The notes: generated by a model from the letters alone, not told the origin. Positions 51,123 through 62,027 are shown, numbered from the stretch's first letter. The stretch: 64,000 bases of DNA from Gammaproteobacteria bacterium (GCA_963662545.2 CAXXLL010000002.1:704001-768000), one strand, 5' to 3'. Made by a program: numbers and translations.

Positions 51123-51923
51123 ATGGACTTGGAACTCAATGATAAATCGGTGATCGTTACCGGTGGCGCGTCCAATATCGGGCGGGCGATCGTGCTGGCG
51201 TTTGCTCGTGAAGGCGCGCGGATCACGGTGGGCGACATCGACGTCGAGCAGGCGGAACGGGTCGCGGAAGTCGCGCGGCGGCAAGGCGCCGCAGAGATAA
51301 TAGTGCTTGAGACCGACATCACTGATCTGCAGCAGGTGAAGTCGATGACCAAGGCAGCGGAAGATCGCTACGGTTGTATCGATATTTTGGTCAACAATGT
51401 CGGCTGGGATCAGCTCATGTTTTTTTCGCAGACAACACCGGAGTTCTGGGAAAAGGTGATCCGCATCAACTACGTCGGCAACCTGAACTGCACCCACACC
51501 GTGCTCGGTATCATGCTCGAGAATAAAACGCCGGGCGCTATCGTCTCTCTGAGCTCGGACGCCGGTCGGCAGGGAGAGCCGCGCGAAGCGGTGTACGGCG
51601 GTATCAAGGCCGGAATTAACGCCTTTATGAAAACCCTCGCTAAAGAAAATGGCCGCTATGGGATCCGCTGCAATACGGTTTGTCCCGGTGTGACGGTTCC
51701 GGAGGACGACGAGGAGGTCGGCGCGACCAGCATGTGGACCGACAAGACGTCATTATTTACCCCAGACCAACTCGAGGCCGTTGCCCGGGCAATGCCGCTG
51801 AAAAAACTGGGGCGGGCGCGAGACGTGGCCAACGCAGTGCTTTTTCTTGCCTCTAACTCAGCCGCGGGTCATATAACGGGCCAGGTGCTGAGCGTCAGTG
51901 GCGGCTATAGTATGGTGGGTTAG
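51123..51923 (+). CDS. SDR oxidoreductase (BadH-like acyl-CoA dehydrogenase)
   Basis: TGGASNIG, NNVGWD, SSDAGR, YGGIK. Confidence 0.9.
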   Translation: MDLELNDKSVIVTGGASNIGRAIVLAFAREGARITVGDIDVEQAERVAEVARRQGAAEIIVLETDITDLQQVKSMTKAAEDRYGCIDILVNNVGWDQLMFFSQTTPEFWEKVIRINYVGNLNCTHTVLGIMLENKTPGAIVSLSSDAGRQGEPREAVYGGIKAGINAFMKTLAKENGRYGIRCNTVCPGVTVPEDDEEVGATSMWTDKTSLFTPDQLEAVARAMPLKKLGRARDVANAVLFLASNSAAGHITGQVLSVSGGYSMVG

Positions 51924-51946
51924 CAACCGAATTTTATCGAGTATCA

Positions 51947-53653
51947 ATGATGAATAATCACTATGACCTGAAGATCGTCAATGCGCAGATCGCCGATGGC
52001 TCGGGCGGGCCGCTGTTCGGCGGCGACATTGGTATTCGCGACGGTCTGCTGACTGACGTTGGTGCGGCGCCGGGTGACGCATCTGAAACGATCGATGCCG
52101 CAGGCCACGTCGTTGCACCGGGTTTCGTCGATATTCATACGCACTACGATGCCCAGATCCTATGGGATCGAATGTTGACGATCTCCCCGTGGCATGGCGT
52201 CACTACGGTGGTGATGGGCAATTGCGGTTTCAGCGTTGCCCCGACGCGTCCAGCGCATCGCGACATGATGATCCGTACCCTGGAAAACGTTGAGGGCATG
52301 ACCGCCAGTGCGCTGCAAGCGGGACTCGGCGAAGACTGGCCGTTCGAGACTTTCCCCGAGTATCTCGACGTGATCGAATCACGCGGCATCGCGATCAACG
52401 TGGGCGCGATGATCGGACATACCGCATTGCGTACCTATGTCATGGGCGAGGAAGCGACAGAGCGCGAAGCGACGACCGCTGAGATCGACCATATGCGCGC
52501 GCTGGTCGACGAGGCGATGACAGCCGGTGCGCTCGGTTTCGCCACGTCGAAGGCCATTACCCATGTCGGCTACCAGGGTAAGCCGGTACCCAGCCGGGCG
52601 GCTTCGTTCGATGAGATCCGAAGCCTCGCGGCTGTCCTGCGCGACACCGGCCGCAGTGGCGTGATTCAGGCGACCGTTGGACCGACTCTTTCCTATGACG
52701 AATTCTCGGAACTCAATGAAGTTTCGGGATGCACGGTCACTTGGACCGCGCTGCTCGCCGGCGCCGCGATCCATGAAGGCACCGCCAGCGAACAGTTACG
52801 TCATTCCGAGGCCTTGATCGCGCGGGGCTATGACGTCGTTCCCCAGGTGACGCCGCGGCCGTTGAATTTCGAGTTTCAGCTCAAGGCGCCTTTTGTGCTC
52901 GAGGCGATGCGATTGTTCCGTCCGGTATCCGAAGCGGACCATGAGGGTAAGAAGCGACTCTACGCCGACCCCGCGTTCCGCGCCAAGGTGTGGGAGAAGC
53001 TCGACGGGCGCATACCCTGGACGTTCAAAAACGGCTTCCGGGGAACGGTCATATCGGAGGTGCCGGGAAAACCGGAGCTCGGTGAACGCGGCCTGTTTGA
53101 ATTGGCGCAAGAGCGCGGCGTGACGCCGGTCGAATTGTTGTTCGATCTCGGTCTTGAATCCGATCTGGAAGCGCGCTTCCGCATGCCGGTAGCCAATCAC
53201 GACGAGGACGAGGTCGAAGAGCTGTTGCTGAGCACCGATACCGTGATCGGTCTTTCCGATGCCGGCGCCCACGCCAGCCAACTCTGCGACGCGTGTCTGA
53301 CGACTTATCTTTTCCGCCGCTGGGTGCGCGAGAAACAGGTGATCAAACTGGAAGAGGCGGTGCGGATGGTAACCTCAAGGCCGGCCGAGGTGTTCGGCAT
53401 TCACGATCGCGGGCGATTGCTGGCCGGCTTCGCGGGCGATGTCGTGATCTTTGATCCCGATACCATCGGCGATGAGCCGCTACGGCGCGTTTGGGATTTT
53501 CCCGGCGGCGCCGATCGCCTGGTATCCAGCGCCCTCGGCATCGATGCCGTCATCGTCAACGGCAAGGTCCTGCGGCGGCATAACCAGGATTGCGTTGATG
53601 TCGATGGCCCGCTGCCGGGACGCCTGCTGAGAAATGGCCGGGCAAGGTCATGA
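51947..53653 (+). CDS. N-acyl-D-amino-acid deacylase family amidohydrolase
   Basis: APGFVDIHTHYDAQ, GVTTVVMGNCG, SDAGAH. Confidence 0.92.
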   Translation: MMNNHYDLKIVNAQIADGSGGPLFGGDIGIRDGLLTDVGAAPGDASETIDAAGHVVAPGFVDIHTHYDAQILWDRMLTISPWHGVTTVVMGNCGFSVAPTRPAHRDMMIRTLENVEGMTASALQAGLGEDWPFETFPEYLDVIESRGIAINVGAMIGHTALRTYVMGEEATEREATTAEIDHMRALVDEAMTAGALGFATSKAITHVGYQGKPVPSRAASFDEIRSLAAVLRDTGRSGVIQATVGPTLSYDEFSELNEVSGCTVTWTALLAGAAIHEGTASEQLRHSEALIARGYDVVPQVTPRPLNFEFQLKAPFVLEAMRLFRPVSEADHEGKKRLYADPAFRAKVWEKLDGRIPWTFKNGFRGTVISEVPGKPELGERGLFELAQERGVTPVELLFDLGLESDLEARFRMPVANHDEDEVEELLLSTDTVIGLSDAGAHASQLCDACLTTYLFRRWVREKQVIKLEEAVRMVTSRPAEVFGIHDRGRLLAGFAGDVVIFDPDTIGDEPLRRVWDFPGGADRLVSSALGIDAVIVNGKVLRRHNQDCVDVDGPLPGRLLRNGRARS

Positions 53654-53690
53654 AGGTCCTGCGGACCGCGGCAAGAAAGGAGACAGGCGT

Positions 53691-54812
53691 ATGTTGAAAC
53701 CCATCATTTCCGCGGACAGCCATGTCAGCGAACCGCCTAACTGCTACGTGGATTTCATCGATATAAAATTCAAAGCACGCGCGCCACGGCTGGAACATGA
53801 TGCAAAGCGCGGCGATATATTCAGGATCGAGGGCAGCAAGCAGCCGATCCCGATGTCCCTTGTCTCTGCGGCCGGTAAGGCGCCGGAGGAACTGTCGGCC
53901 AGGGGCGCGCGCTTCGAAAAGCTCCACCGGGGCGGTTGGGAGCCTCATGCGCGGATCAGGGATCAGGAAACCGACGGCATTGCGGCGGAAGTCATCTATC
54001 CGTCGGTGGGCATGGAGCTCTGCAATATACCCGACATTGATTTAAAGCAGGCCTGTATGGAAGCCTACAATCGCTGGTTGGTCGAATTTTGCGCCCCCTA
54101 TCCCCATCGGCTGATCGGGCTCGGGCAGTGCGCGGTGCGCACACCTGCCGATGGCATCAAGGAACTCGAGGCGATCAAGAAGCTTGGGTTCAAAGGCGTG
54201 ATGCTACCGGGATTGCCGGCGCGCGAAGACTACGCCCATGAGATGTACGGCGAATTCTTTGATGCGGTGATCGAACTCGAATTAGTGCCGAGTTTCCACA
54301 TTCTCACTTCGGGCGAGGCTTTGTTGCAAGGTTTTCGCGGTTCGAAAATCAACTCTTTCATGGCCGTGGTGCGCGGCAACCAGGAGCTGATGAGCATGTT
54401 TGTCTTCGACGGCATTTTCATGCGGCACCCCAATCTTAAAATCGTTTCGGTCGAGGCCGACGGCGGCTGGATCCCGCATTACATGTATCGCATGGACCAC
54501 GCCTATGAGCGGCACCGCCACTGGATGCGCGGCAGGGAACTCGACAGGCGTCCCAGCGAATACTTCCGCGAGCATATCTACTTTACGTTCCAGGACGATC
54601 ACACCGCATTTCAATTCAAGGATTACGTCAATATAGAGCGCATGATGTGGGCGAACGACTTTCCCCACTCGGATTCGACCTGGCCTTGGTCGCAGCAACT
54701 ATTGAAAAAGGAATTGGCACACATGACGGAGGCCGAGAAGAACCTGATCCTGCACGAGAACGTCGCGAAGCTATACCAACTCGATACCTCAGCACTGCGA
54801 GCGGCGGCGTAA
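53691..54812 (+). CDS. Amidohydrolase_2 family protein
   Basis: ISADSHVSEP, DGIAAEVIYPS, MWANDFPHSDSTWP. Confidence 0.9.
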   Translation: MLKPIISADSHVSEPPNCYVDFIDIKFKARAPRLEHDAKRGDIFRIEGSKQPIPMSLVSAAGKAPEELSARGARFEKLHRGGWEPHARIRDQETDGIAAEVIYPSVGMELCNIPDIDLKQACMEAYNRWLVEFCAPYPHRLIGLGQCAVRTPADGIKELEAIKKLGFKGVMLPGLPAREDYAHEMYGEFFDAVIELELVPSFHILTSGEALLQGFRGSKINSFMAVVRGNQELMSMFVFDGIFMRHPNLKIVSVEADGGWIPHYMYRMDHAYERHRHWMRGRELDRRPSEYFREHIYFTFQDDHTAFQFKDYVNIERMMWANDFPHSDSTWPWSQQLLKKELAHMTEAEKNLILHENVAKLYQLDTSALRAAA

Positions 54813-54858
54813 AGTCTCCATCGCGCTGCATTGGATTTTGAAAGAGAGGCGAGGGAAG

Positions 54859-55503
54859 ATGGCCAAACCGGTATTACGTAACCGTCAGTGTGAGGATCTG
54901 GGTATCGAATATCCGATTTTTCTCCCCGGGATGGCGGGGCGGGGCGATCCGACGCCGCCGGAAATGGTCGCCGCCGAATCGGAGGCGGGGGGTATGGGCG
55001 TACTCGGTACGTCCGGGTTCGAACCCGACGAGATCCGCCGCCGCATACGCGAAGTGCGTAAATTGACCGACAAACCGTTCGGGGTCGATTGCTTGTTACC
55101 CGTCCGGCACGTCGATGCCGCGCCGACCCGGTCGGGGGTCCGTGAACAGATCAAGAAGGAGTATCCCGCGCACGCCCAAGGCACCAAGCTCATGGGGATT
55201 GCCGGCAACGTGCGTCATGCCCACCGCCAAATTGCGGCGGGGACCGATATCGTGATCGCCGCCGGTCATGAAGGCGGCGGCCATGTCGGGCCGATTGGTA
55301 CCTTTCCACTGATACCGCAAATCGTGGATGCGATCGCGCCAGCGCCGGTGGCGGCGGCCGGCGGGATCGGGGACAGCCGCGGCGTCGCGGCGGCGTTAGC
55401 GTTGGGGGCGCAGGCCATTTGGGTCGGAACCGCCTTTCTCGTTGCCGATGAATGTGCCATCCCCGATGCCCGCTCATTATTGAAACGTTTTCGCGCCGAG
55501 TAA
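54859..55503 (+). pseudogene. Nitronate monooxygenase/FabK-like, internally deleted and truncated
   Basis: LGIEYPI, TDKPFGVD, GHEGGGH, AAGGIGD..ALALGA..VGTAFL; much shorter than family members. Confidence 0.75.
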
Positions 55504-56004
55504 TCGCTGCGAAAACAATACACCTGTAGCAAGGTTCTCACTGAAGGCGATATTGGCCATCGACGCGACTGTCGGACGCACGTCGAGGGGAGCATCAACT
55601 GTTGCAAGCTTTACGCCAAGCGCTTCCAGCACGGGCGCGATTGCACGACCCATCGGGACCTGCCAGGGATTACCCTCGCCCTCTTCGCCTCTCATCGTGA
55701 TCAACAGCAACAATGGAAATTCGCACGCCCGCGCTATTGAGGCGATAGCATTGACGCAGTTGCCGACGCCGCTGGATTGCATCAGCAAGGCGCCGCGCTC
55801 GCCGCCCAGCCACGCGCCTGCCAGTAAACCGATACCTTCCTCTTCGCTCGCCAGTGGTACCGCACGCATATCGCCGTCGGCAATGCACAATTCAAGCAGG
55901 CGTTTGTGACCGGCATCGGGTACATAGACGATCTGGCGAACGTACAATTGCTTGAGTACGTCGTGAATATCCGCAGGCCAATCGATTGAATCGCTGGCGC
56001 TCAA
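55477..56004 (-). CDS. Sulfopyruvate/phosphonopyruvate decarboxylase alpha subunit (ComD-like)
   Basis: YVPD, EEEGIG, MQSSGVGN, NPWQVPMG. Confidence 0.85.
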   Translation of the reverse strand: MSASDSIDWPADIHDVLKQLYVRQIVYVPDAGHKRLLELCIADGDMRAVPLASEEEGIGLLAGAWLGGERGALLMQSSGVGNCVNAIASIARACEFPLLLLITMRGEEGEGNPWQVPMGRAIAPVLEALGVKLATVDAPLDVRPTVASMANIAFSENLATGVLFSQRLLGAKTFQ

Positions 56005-56131
56005 TAAGCTCCGTCCCGAAGAGACATGGATTTATTTCGGGCCAGCGTAACATTTTCGAAACCTGCATCACTCTGATCGTTTAAACTAGTCGATTCATGA
56101 ACCTAAGCTCTTGCGCGAGTGAATTTATCCG

Positions 56132-57022
56132 GTGCCGGTAGATACCGCTGTTGTCGGATGCACGACTGAGACTGTCGTTCACGAGGTCGACGCACGCTGG
56201 ATCATGGCTTACGGGGCGAGCCTTGGAGACATGCAGGCTTGCTACCTCGATACCACCCGCGAGGCCGGTATCGTCGCGCACCCGGTGTTTGCGATCTGCC
56301 CCGAATGGCCCGCAGTCGTGGCTTCCCGCGACTTGCTACATCCGCACGGTTTATCTCAAGAAGAATGCCGCCGGGGTGTCCATGGTACGCATGATCTGCA
56401 GGTTCACCGCCTCATCCGGCCGGGCGATCGGCTCTCCAGTCAGGCGACGATCGTGTCGGTCGAGGCGAAGAGACCCGGTGCACTCATTCTCGTGCGGATC
56501 GATACGCGCGATGAGAGTGGACGCGAGGTGGCGACCACGGTTCAAGGGCATGTGTATCGCGATGTCGCCGTAGTGGGGGAGCCGCCACCCCCATGCTTGG
56601 GCGTGCCCCACTGGCCTGAGCGCATTTCCGACCGCTCGTCCCCGATCAAAACGATCAAAGTTCCGATTGGCGCCAACGCGGCACATATCTACACCGAATG
56701 CGCGCGCATCTGGAACCCGGTTCACACCGACGTGGCCGTTGCCAAGGCGGCCGGGCTGCCAGACGTCATCCTGCACGGTAGCGCTACGCTGGCGCTCGCC
56801 GTATCGAACATCGTTGATCACGTGGGCGGCAACGAACCGAGCCGCGTCCAACGGGTCTACGGTAGATTCCGGGGCATGGTGCTAATGCCCTCAAGCATCA
56901 ATGTGATCATCTACGCGCCCGCCGAGCGTGAAGCAGCGATGGATGTTCGTTTCGAAGTCATCAATGCCGAGGGCCAAGCCGCCGTGGCTGATGGACTGGT
57001 AACGCTTACGGGTGCACTGTAA
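56132..57022 (+). CDS. MaoC-like double hot-dog dehydratase
   Basis: VHGTHD, WNPVHTD..AGLPDVILHG. Confidence 0.85.
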   Translation: MPVDTAVVGCTTETVVHEVDARWIMAYGASLGDMQACYLDTTREAGIVAHPVFAICPEWPAVVASRDLLHPHGLSQEECRRGVHGTHDLQVHRLIRPGDRLSSQATIVSVEAKRPGALILVRIDTRDESGREVATTVQGHVYRDVAVVGEPPPPCLGVPHWPERISDRSSPIKTIKVPIGANAAHIYTECARIWNPVHTDVAVAKAAGLPDVILHGSATLALAVSNIVDHVGGNEPSRVQRVYGRFRGMVLMPSSINVIIYAPAEREAAMDVRFEVINAEGQAAVADGLVTLTGAL

Positions 57023-57124
57023 GCGCGCCCGACGATTCACCACCCACAGCCGTTCGGATAAACGATTCCGGGACCACCGCCTTGCTTATTGCGGGCTACC
57101 TGAAATTAGAAATCTGTTCTAGCA

Positions 57125-57154
57125 GTTGCTCTAGGATTTAAATCCTAGAGCAAC
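57125..57154. repeat. Perfect 30-bp palindrome
   Basis: gttgctctaggattt|aaatcctagagcaac. Confidence 0.9.
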
Positions 57155-57156
57155 CT

Positions 57157-57184
57157 CCTGCTTTCTAGGCGGGGTTTTCTTTTT
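57157..57184 (+). terminator. Possible intrinsic terminator
   Basis: cctgctt-tct-aggcggg stem followed by a T-rich run. Confidence 0.4.
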
Positions 57185-57562
57185 GCGCGTGAGTTATGCT
57201 CTGCTGCGAGAGCCCCGCTTCAGGGCGGTTCTGTAGCAACCTCCGGCGAATTGCGGACTACAGTAGTTCTTTGCCAGTGTTGATTGGCTTTGGCTATCTT
57301 GTCTGACGATTGTTCCGGATTCTCACGCAAAACGGGAGCACGGAGTAAAGATTATCTGCACATAGATAACAAAGGGGGAAGGGCAAGCCGGGAATCTTTA
57401 TTTGTTCGCGATGTCTATATAGTTAGTCGATAACTTTCTGGTCTCGAGAGCGAAACTTAGAGGGCAAGAAGTTTGCGCAACACACGACACTGAGTTTGAA
57501 AACAACGATATTTGGCGAAATGCGCGCCGGTCGAAATTTCGGTGGTTCAGGAGGTCGATTCA

Positions 57563-58425
57563 ATGGCTGCCCGCAACGATTGTCAGCGCCCTTGGTTGCT
57601 CCTTGTGTTGGGGCTTTTCGTAATTTCGCCTGTTCATGCAATCGTCGTTGACTTTGAGACCCTCCCCATAGGGTCGTTTAGCGGCGAAACGTCTGAATCG
57701 GGCTACACTATTTCGCACGAGGGGGTAAGCCCCGCGAGCGCACTAGCTGCCATTGTAGGAGGAGGGCCTACCAATTGTGGCCCGCCATGCGCGTCCAACA
57801 CGACGAATAGTCTTGGTGGGTTTAACGCTAGTGCATTTGTAGTTACGAGCGATGCAGGTACGCCTTTTTCGCTATTTGCCTTTGACGCGGCGGAGACGTT
57901 CTCAGGTGAGCCGACTACTTGGGCAGATACTGTTGTGGTGGTCGGTGAACTTTTTGGCGGCGGCCAAATCATGCTCGGGTTCGCCCTGGATGGAATAAAT
58001 GACGCCTTCGGCGGGCAGGATGATTTCCAGCCTTTTCTCTTACCTAGCACATTCGCCGATTTGACAAGCGTCCGATTTGTAGGCGACGGAGGTTTTTCGC
58101 CGCTTAACAACGGGTTCATGTTGGACAACCTCGGGTTATCGGTGAACTTTTTGGCGGCGGCCAAATCATGCTCGGGTTCGCCCTGGATGGAATAAATGAC
58201 GCCTTCGGCGGGCAGGATGATTTCCAGCCTTTTCTCTTACCTAGCACATTCGCCGATTTGACAAGCGTCCGATTTGTAGGCGACGGAGGTTTTTCGCCGC
58301 TTAACAACGGGTTCATGTTGGACAATATCGTTTTATCACCATTATTAGTTCCTGCACCTCCAGGCTTGCCCGTTTTCGCCATATGTGCAGGTGGCGTGGC
58401 GTGGGTACGCCGCCGCTGTACGTAA
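57563..58425 (+). pseudogene. PEP-CTERM-like surface protein broken by a 187-bp duplication
   Basis: Signal peptide, VDFE start, DNI..VPAP + hydrophobic helix + RRR tail. Confidence 0.75.
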
Positions 58426-58739
58426 GGGAACCCGATGTAAGATGGGTAGCATTAAGCGCACTACGCCATAACTGCACCCCACGATGCACCTTAAGCGAGC
58501 GAAGTAGCCGCTTCCTGCGGCGAATCTCAGACCGAAGCATTTATATAGCTGGGCGCTCTGTAGCCGCGCTTTCGAACAAGCTATCTCAGCATTTCACCGT
58601 CCAACGCATTCTCGGGCGTTCTAGGCGGCGCTCCTTAGAATTTAGTACGCTGCTGCTCGAGGGACGAGAACGCCGCCTAGAAGCGGGCGCAGAGCATCCT
58701 GGCGAGTAGTTAAATATCAGAGCGAATATATAGCTGAAT

Positions 58740-58915
58740 TGTTCGCAATCACTCTAGACTTTCAACCCTCGGGCATCCTCCTGCGCCCTAGGCGATTTTT
58801 TAATGCTAGAGTATATTTGTGTGCGTCCATCGAGAACGGAATTTCGGATTGTGCTTTAGCCAGACGTGTGCCGCCTGCAAGCGGTATTGGAGCGTCCTCC
58901 GGCGAATTGCAGACC
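58740..58915 (+). repeat. Second repeat family, copy A
   Basis: ttcgcaatcactctaga..ctcgggcatcctcctgcgccctag..caagcggtat..cggcgaat shared with 60676-60815. Confidence 0.75.
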
Positions 58916-59212
58916 GGCCGCTTTCTTTTGGTAATCAGCCCCGCCATTCCGTGCGCACTGAATCGAACTAGACGGTTTGCTTGCCACCTTGCCACCGATA
59001 AACGCCGGACACGCGCCCTGTGCAGCGGGAGGACTCGACGCTATTACAAGGGTCGCGCCGACTCAGCTTCCAACCCCGTGTGACGCAAAACACCGGCGCC
59101 GTAGGGCGCCCATACCTCACATGAAGTATGGAATGTGTTCGGCTATGGCTACCATGCATCGAAATCGTGTTTTCTGGCGATGCTACTTTTCTAGGCGTAT
59201 AAGGAATTTATT

Positions 59213-60148
59213 GTGAAAAAGGTACTTTCATTAGATGGCGGCGGGATACGCGGGCTGATTCCCGCATTGGTTCTCGCAGCAATAGAAAACGCAACCGGAA
59301 AATCAATATCAGAGTCGTTTGATTTAATCGCTGGCACGTCGACAGGGGGAATACTCGCTCTGGGGCTTGTCAAGGACGAAGGAAATGGCGAGCCGCAATA
59401 CAGCGCAACGGCGCTAGCGAAGCTATACGAACAGAGGGGGAAGGATATATTTTCCCGTTCCCTGTGGAAAGGTGCTTCATCCGCAGGAGGGCTGCTCGAT
59501 GAGAAATACTCTGAAGATGGCTTGGAGGAAGTTCTCGACGAGTATTTCGATAACGAGCCTTTGGGGGCTGCTCTAACGAACGTGCTTGTCACGAGCTACG
59601 ACATTCAGAATCGAGCGCCGCATTTCTTCAAGAGCTGGCATCCGGATATGAGGGCGGTCGAAATGAAGTTCGTTGGGCGAGCCACTTCTGCTGCGCCCAC
59701 GTATTTCGAACCCGCTCTCGTCCCAGTGCAGGGTACGATGCGGGCGTTAATTGACGGCGGCGTTTTCGTAAACAACCCGGTTGTTTCCGCATATGCAGAG
59801 GCCAAACGAATTTTTCCTGGAGAAGAAGAAATGCTCGTTGTGTCTATCGGAACCGGGGAGCTGACTCGCCCAATCGCCTACAGCGATGCTAAAGACTGGG
59901 GCAAAGCGGGATGGATGTTGCCTGTTCTTAGTTGCGTATTTGACGGTGTTTCGGATGCGGCCAACTATCAGATGCAGCAGATACTTAATGATGGTTTTGT
60001 CAGATTCCAGACAAGCTTAACAATCGCTTCTGACGATATGGACAATGTTACAAATGGCAATATTCAAAACCTAAAGGCGGAGGCGAAAAAACTGATTAGA
60101 ACACACAAGCAAGAGTTAGAGCGGCTTGTCGAGGCGCTAAAAACGTAA
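59213..60148 (+). CDS. Patatin-like phospholipase
   Basis: LSLDGGGIRG, GTSTG, SAAPTYF, DGG. Confidence 0.93.
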   Translation: MKKVLSLDGGGIRGLIPALVLAAIENATGKSISESFDLIAGTSTGGILALGLVKDEGNGEPQYSATALAKLYEQRGKDIFSRSLWKGASSAGGLLDEKYSEDGLEEVLDEYFDNEPLGAALTNVLVTSYDIQNRAPHFFKSWHPDMRAVEMKFVGRATSAAPTYFEPALVPVQGTMRALIDGGVFVNNPVVSAYAEAKRIFPGEEEMLVVSIGTGELTRPIAYSDAKDWGKAGWMLPVLSCVFDGVSDAANYQMQQILNDGFVRFQTSLTIASDDMDNVTNGNIQNLKAEAKKLIRTHKQELERLVEALKT

Positions 60149-60328
60149 GGCTCCATAGCAGGATATTGTCATCGCGCTAGCAGACAATAATTACGCCGCG
60201 CGATGCAGTTGTCACGCGCTACAATAATGGAGAGCGGATAATTCTACGGACGGACGAAGATAGACAATACGACAACGACCACTTGATGTGCTTTGAGCAA
60301 GGCGGTGAATTGGACTGCAACAGAGTAG

Positions 60329-60613
60329 ATGTTATCGAGGAACAATAAAGTGCGACGGCTAAGTTTGTTATTAGTTTGCGTGAGCGTTGTTGCGCAAACG
60401 CAGATAGTGAAGGCCGAATTGTTCGGACCAGCTACCTTTGAGGATTGCATACTCGAAAATATGAAAGGTGTTACAAGTGATTTCGCGGCTCGCGCCATTC
60501 AAAGCGCATGCCGAGAAAAATTCCCTGCGAAACTACCAAAATGCACATCCATAAAGGATTCGGCAGAGCGATTCAAAGCAGAAAGGCGCCGCGAATGTAT
60601 AAAACCCGAGTAA
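60329..60613 (+). CDS. Small exported Cys-containing protein
   Basis: Signal peptide; FEDCILENMKG..ACREKF. Confidence 0.6.
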   Translation: MLSRNNKVRRLSLLLVCVSVVAQTQIVKAELFGPATFEDCILENMKGVTSDFAARAIQSACREKFPAKLPKCTSIKDSAERFKAERRRECIKPE

Positions 60614-60675
60614 CCGTTGAATCAGAAGAAGCCCAGCAAGCCATACGATAGACAATTAGCAACGTTCAATCTGTC

Positions 60676-60815
60676 TTCGCAATCACTTTAGATTATCAAT
60701 TCTCGGGCATCCTCCTGCGCCCTAGACGGTCTTCCGTCCCGGAGAGCATCTTCAATGCTGCGAGCGTCGAAAACCGCCTACAAGCGGTATCGGGGTGTCC
60801 TGCGGCGAATCTTAG
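60676..60815 (+). repeat. Second repeat family, copy B
   Basis: Matches 58740-58915 in ordered blocks. Confidence 0.75.
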
Positions 60816-61423
60816 GCTGCCTTCGCTCTGCGCAGTGCTTGCGATTTCGCAATCTGCGCTCGCGGCTAACGTCTAAATTCTATTCCTCGCGCATCCTCCT
60901 ACTTCCTAAGCGGTCTTCGACGCCCGTGAGTATATTGGCTCGCTCTGCTGCAGAAAATCGTCTTAGGGATGAAATGGCAACGTTCCATGTACCGAATGTG
61001 CGCCAGAGGCGAGCCAGGTGTTTTTCAAGTGAAACAGAATGAAGCGCTTAGTCTTGACTTGATGGGCGTGGATAGTCCTCGGGCTGGGGGCTTTACATTT
61101 CCGTGCAATCAATCATTGTTCGAATAGCTTCATAAATTGGCGCCCGCGTTTCGGTGGTTGCCGTGAATCGAGAAACCCACCTTCAACGTTCGACTTTGCC
61201 TACTGTCTGACGGTATGGGAGCAATCTTTATTAGCTGAGGAAATGGGACTAAGCTTCTGAGAAGGCGCAATCATTCTCAAATATATTAATTGACGAAACG
61301 TTCGCGCTTAATGCTTATGCAGGCCGTGAATTCAATGCGCTGTAGATACGAAATTTACCACAAACGGATTTTCTGCGAGCGCAAGCCTCCACGTAAATTT
61401 CTACTATTAAATTCGGGGTAGGT

Positions 61424-61696
61424 ATGGCCGAGTTATTGCTCTGGGCTGCTCGAATCGTTGTGGTAGCGATATTTGTACTCTTGCTTGCGGTCGTTTTCCG
61501 ATTCTTTCAACTCGAAGACGAGAGCGAGCGGCAAGAATATGGCGACGCTGGTAAGCCGTTCTTTAAACAAAATGTGGAAGTCGGAAGCCATTTCGGCCCG
61601 AAATCCAAAGTGCCTCGTTGGCAAGCGTGGCTAGGAGCGCTAGCTATTCCCATCGGCATACTGGTAGTGCTTATCGTGAGTTCATTTAACGATTGA
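61424..61696 (+). CDS. Small two-TM membrane protein
   Basis: Two hydrophobic helices; purine-rich RBS. Confidence 0.5.
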   Translation: MAELLLWAARIVVVAIFVLLLAVVFRFFQLEDESERQEYGDAGKPFFKQNVEVGSHFGPKSKVPRWQAWLGALAIPIGILVVLIVSSFND

Positions 61697-61799
61697 GCCG
61701 AAAGATGCTAGTGAAATCCACGACAAAACGTCATAGCGCGGCGCGCATACAGCGCCCGGGAGCGCGTCTTTATTCGCGATGAAGGGAGCAAGGGGGAAA

Positions 61800-62027
61800 A
61801 TGGCCTTCTATATATATGAAAACTGGCAGGCAGGGCCGCGCAAAGCCGTAATACATCATGGCTCCTGCGGATATTGTAAAGATGGCCGAGGGCAGGCCGG
61901 AGGCTATGACCCTGCCCACGCAGAATGGCACGGGCCATTTGGCAGCCTGCCGCAGGCTCGGGAAACACAAAACTCGATGAAGGTAATTGTACGAAAGAAA
62001 TGTCGTTGCGTCAGTGCGTTTGGATGA
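61800..62027 (+). CDS. Small Cys/His-rich hypothetical protein
   Basis: FYIYENW, IHHGSCGYC, WHGPF, CRC. Confidence 0.6.
   Translation: MAFYIYENWQAGPRKAVIHHGSCGYCKDGRGQAGGYDPAHAEWHGPFGSLPQARETQNSMKVIVRKKCRCVSAFG

Noticed and set aside
57040-57160. tRNA or tmRNA at the island boundary
   Set aside because: No cloverleaf, T-loop GTTCRA or CCA end could be built
59213-60148. CBASS system
   Set aside because: No cGAS/DncV-like cyclase or Cap2/Cap3 genes adjacent
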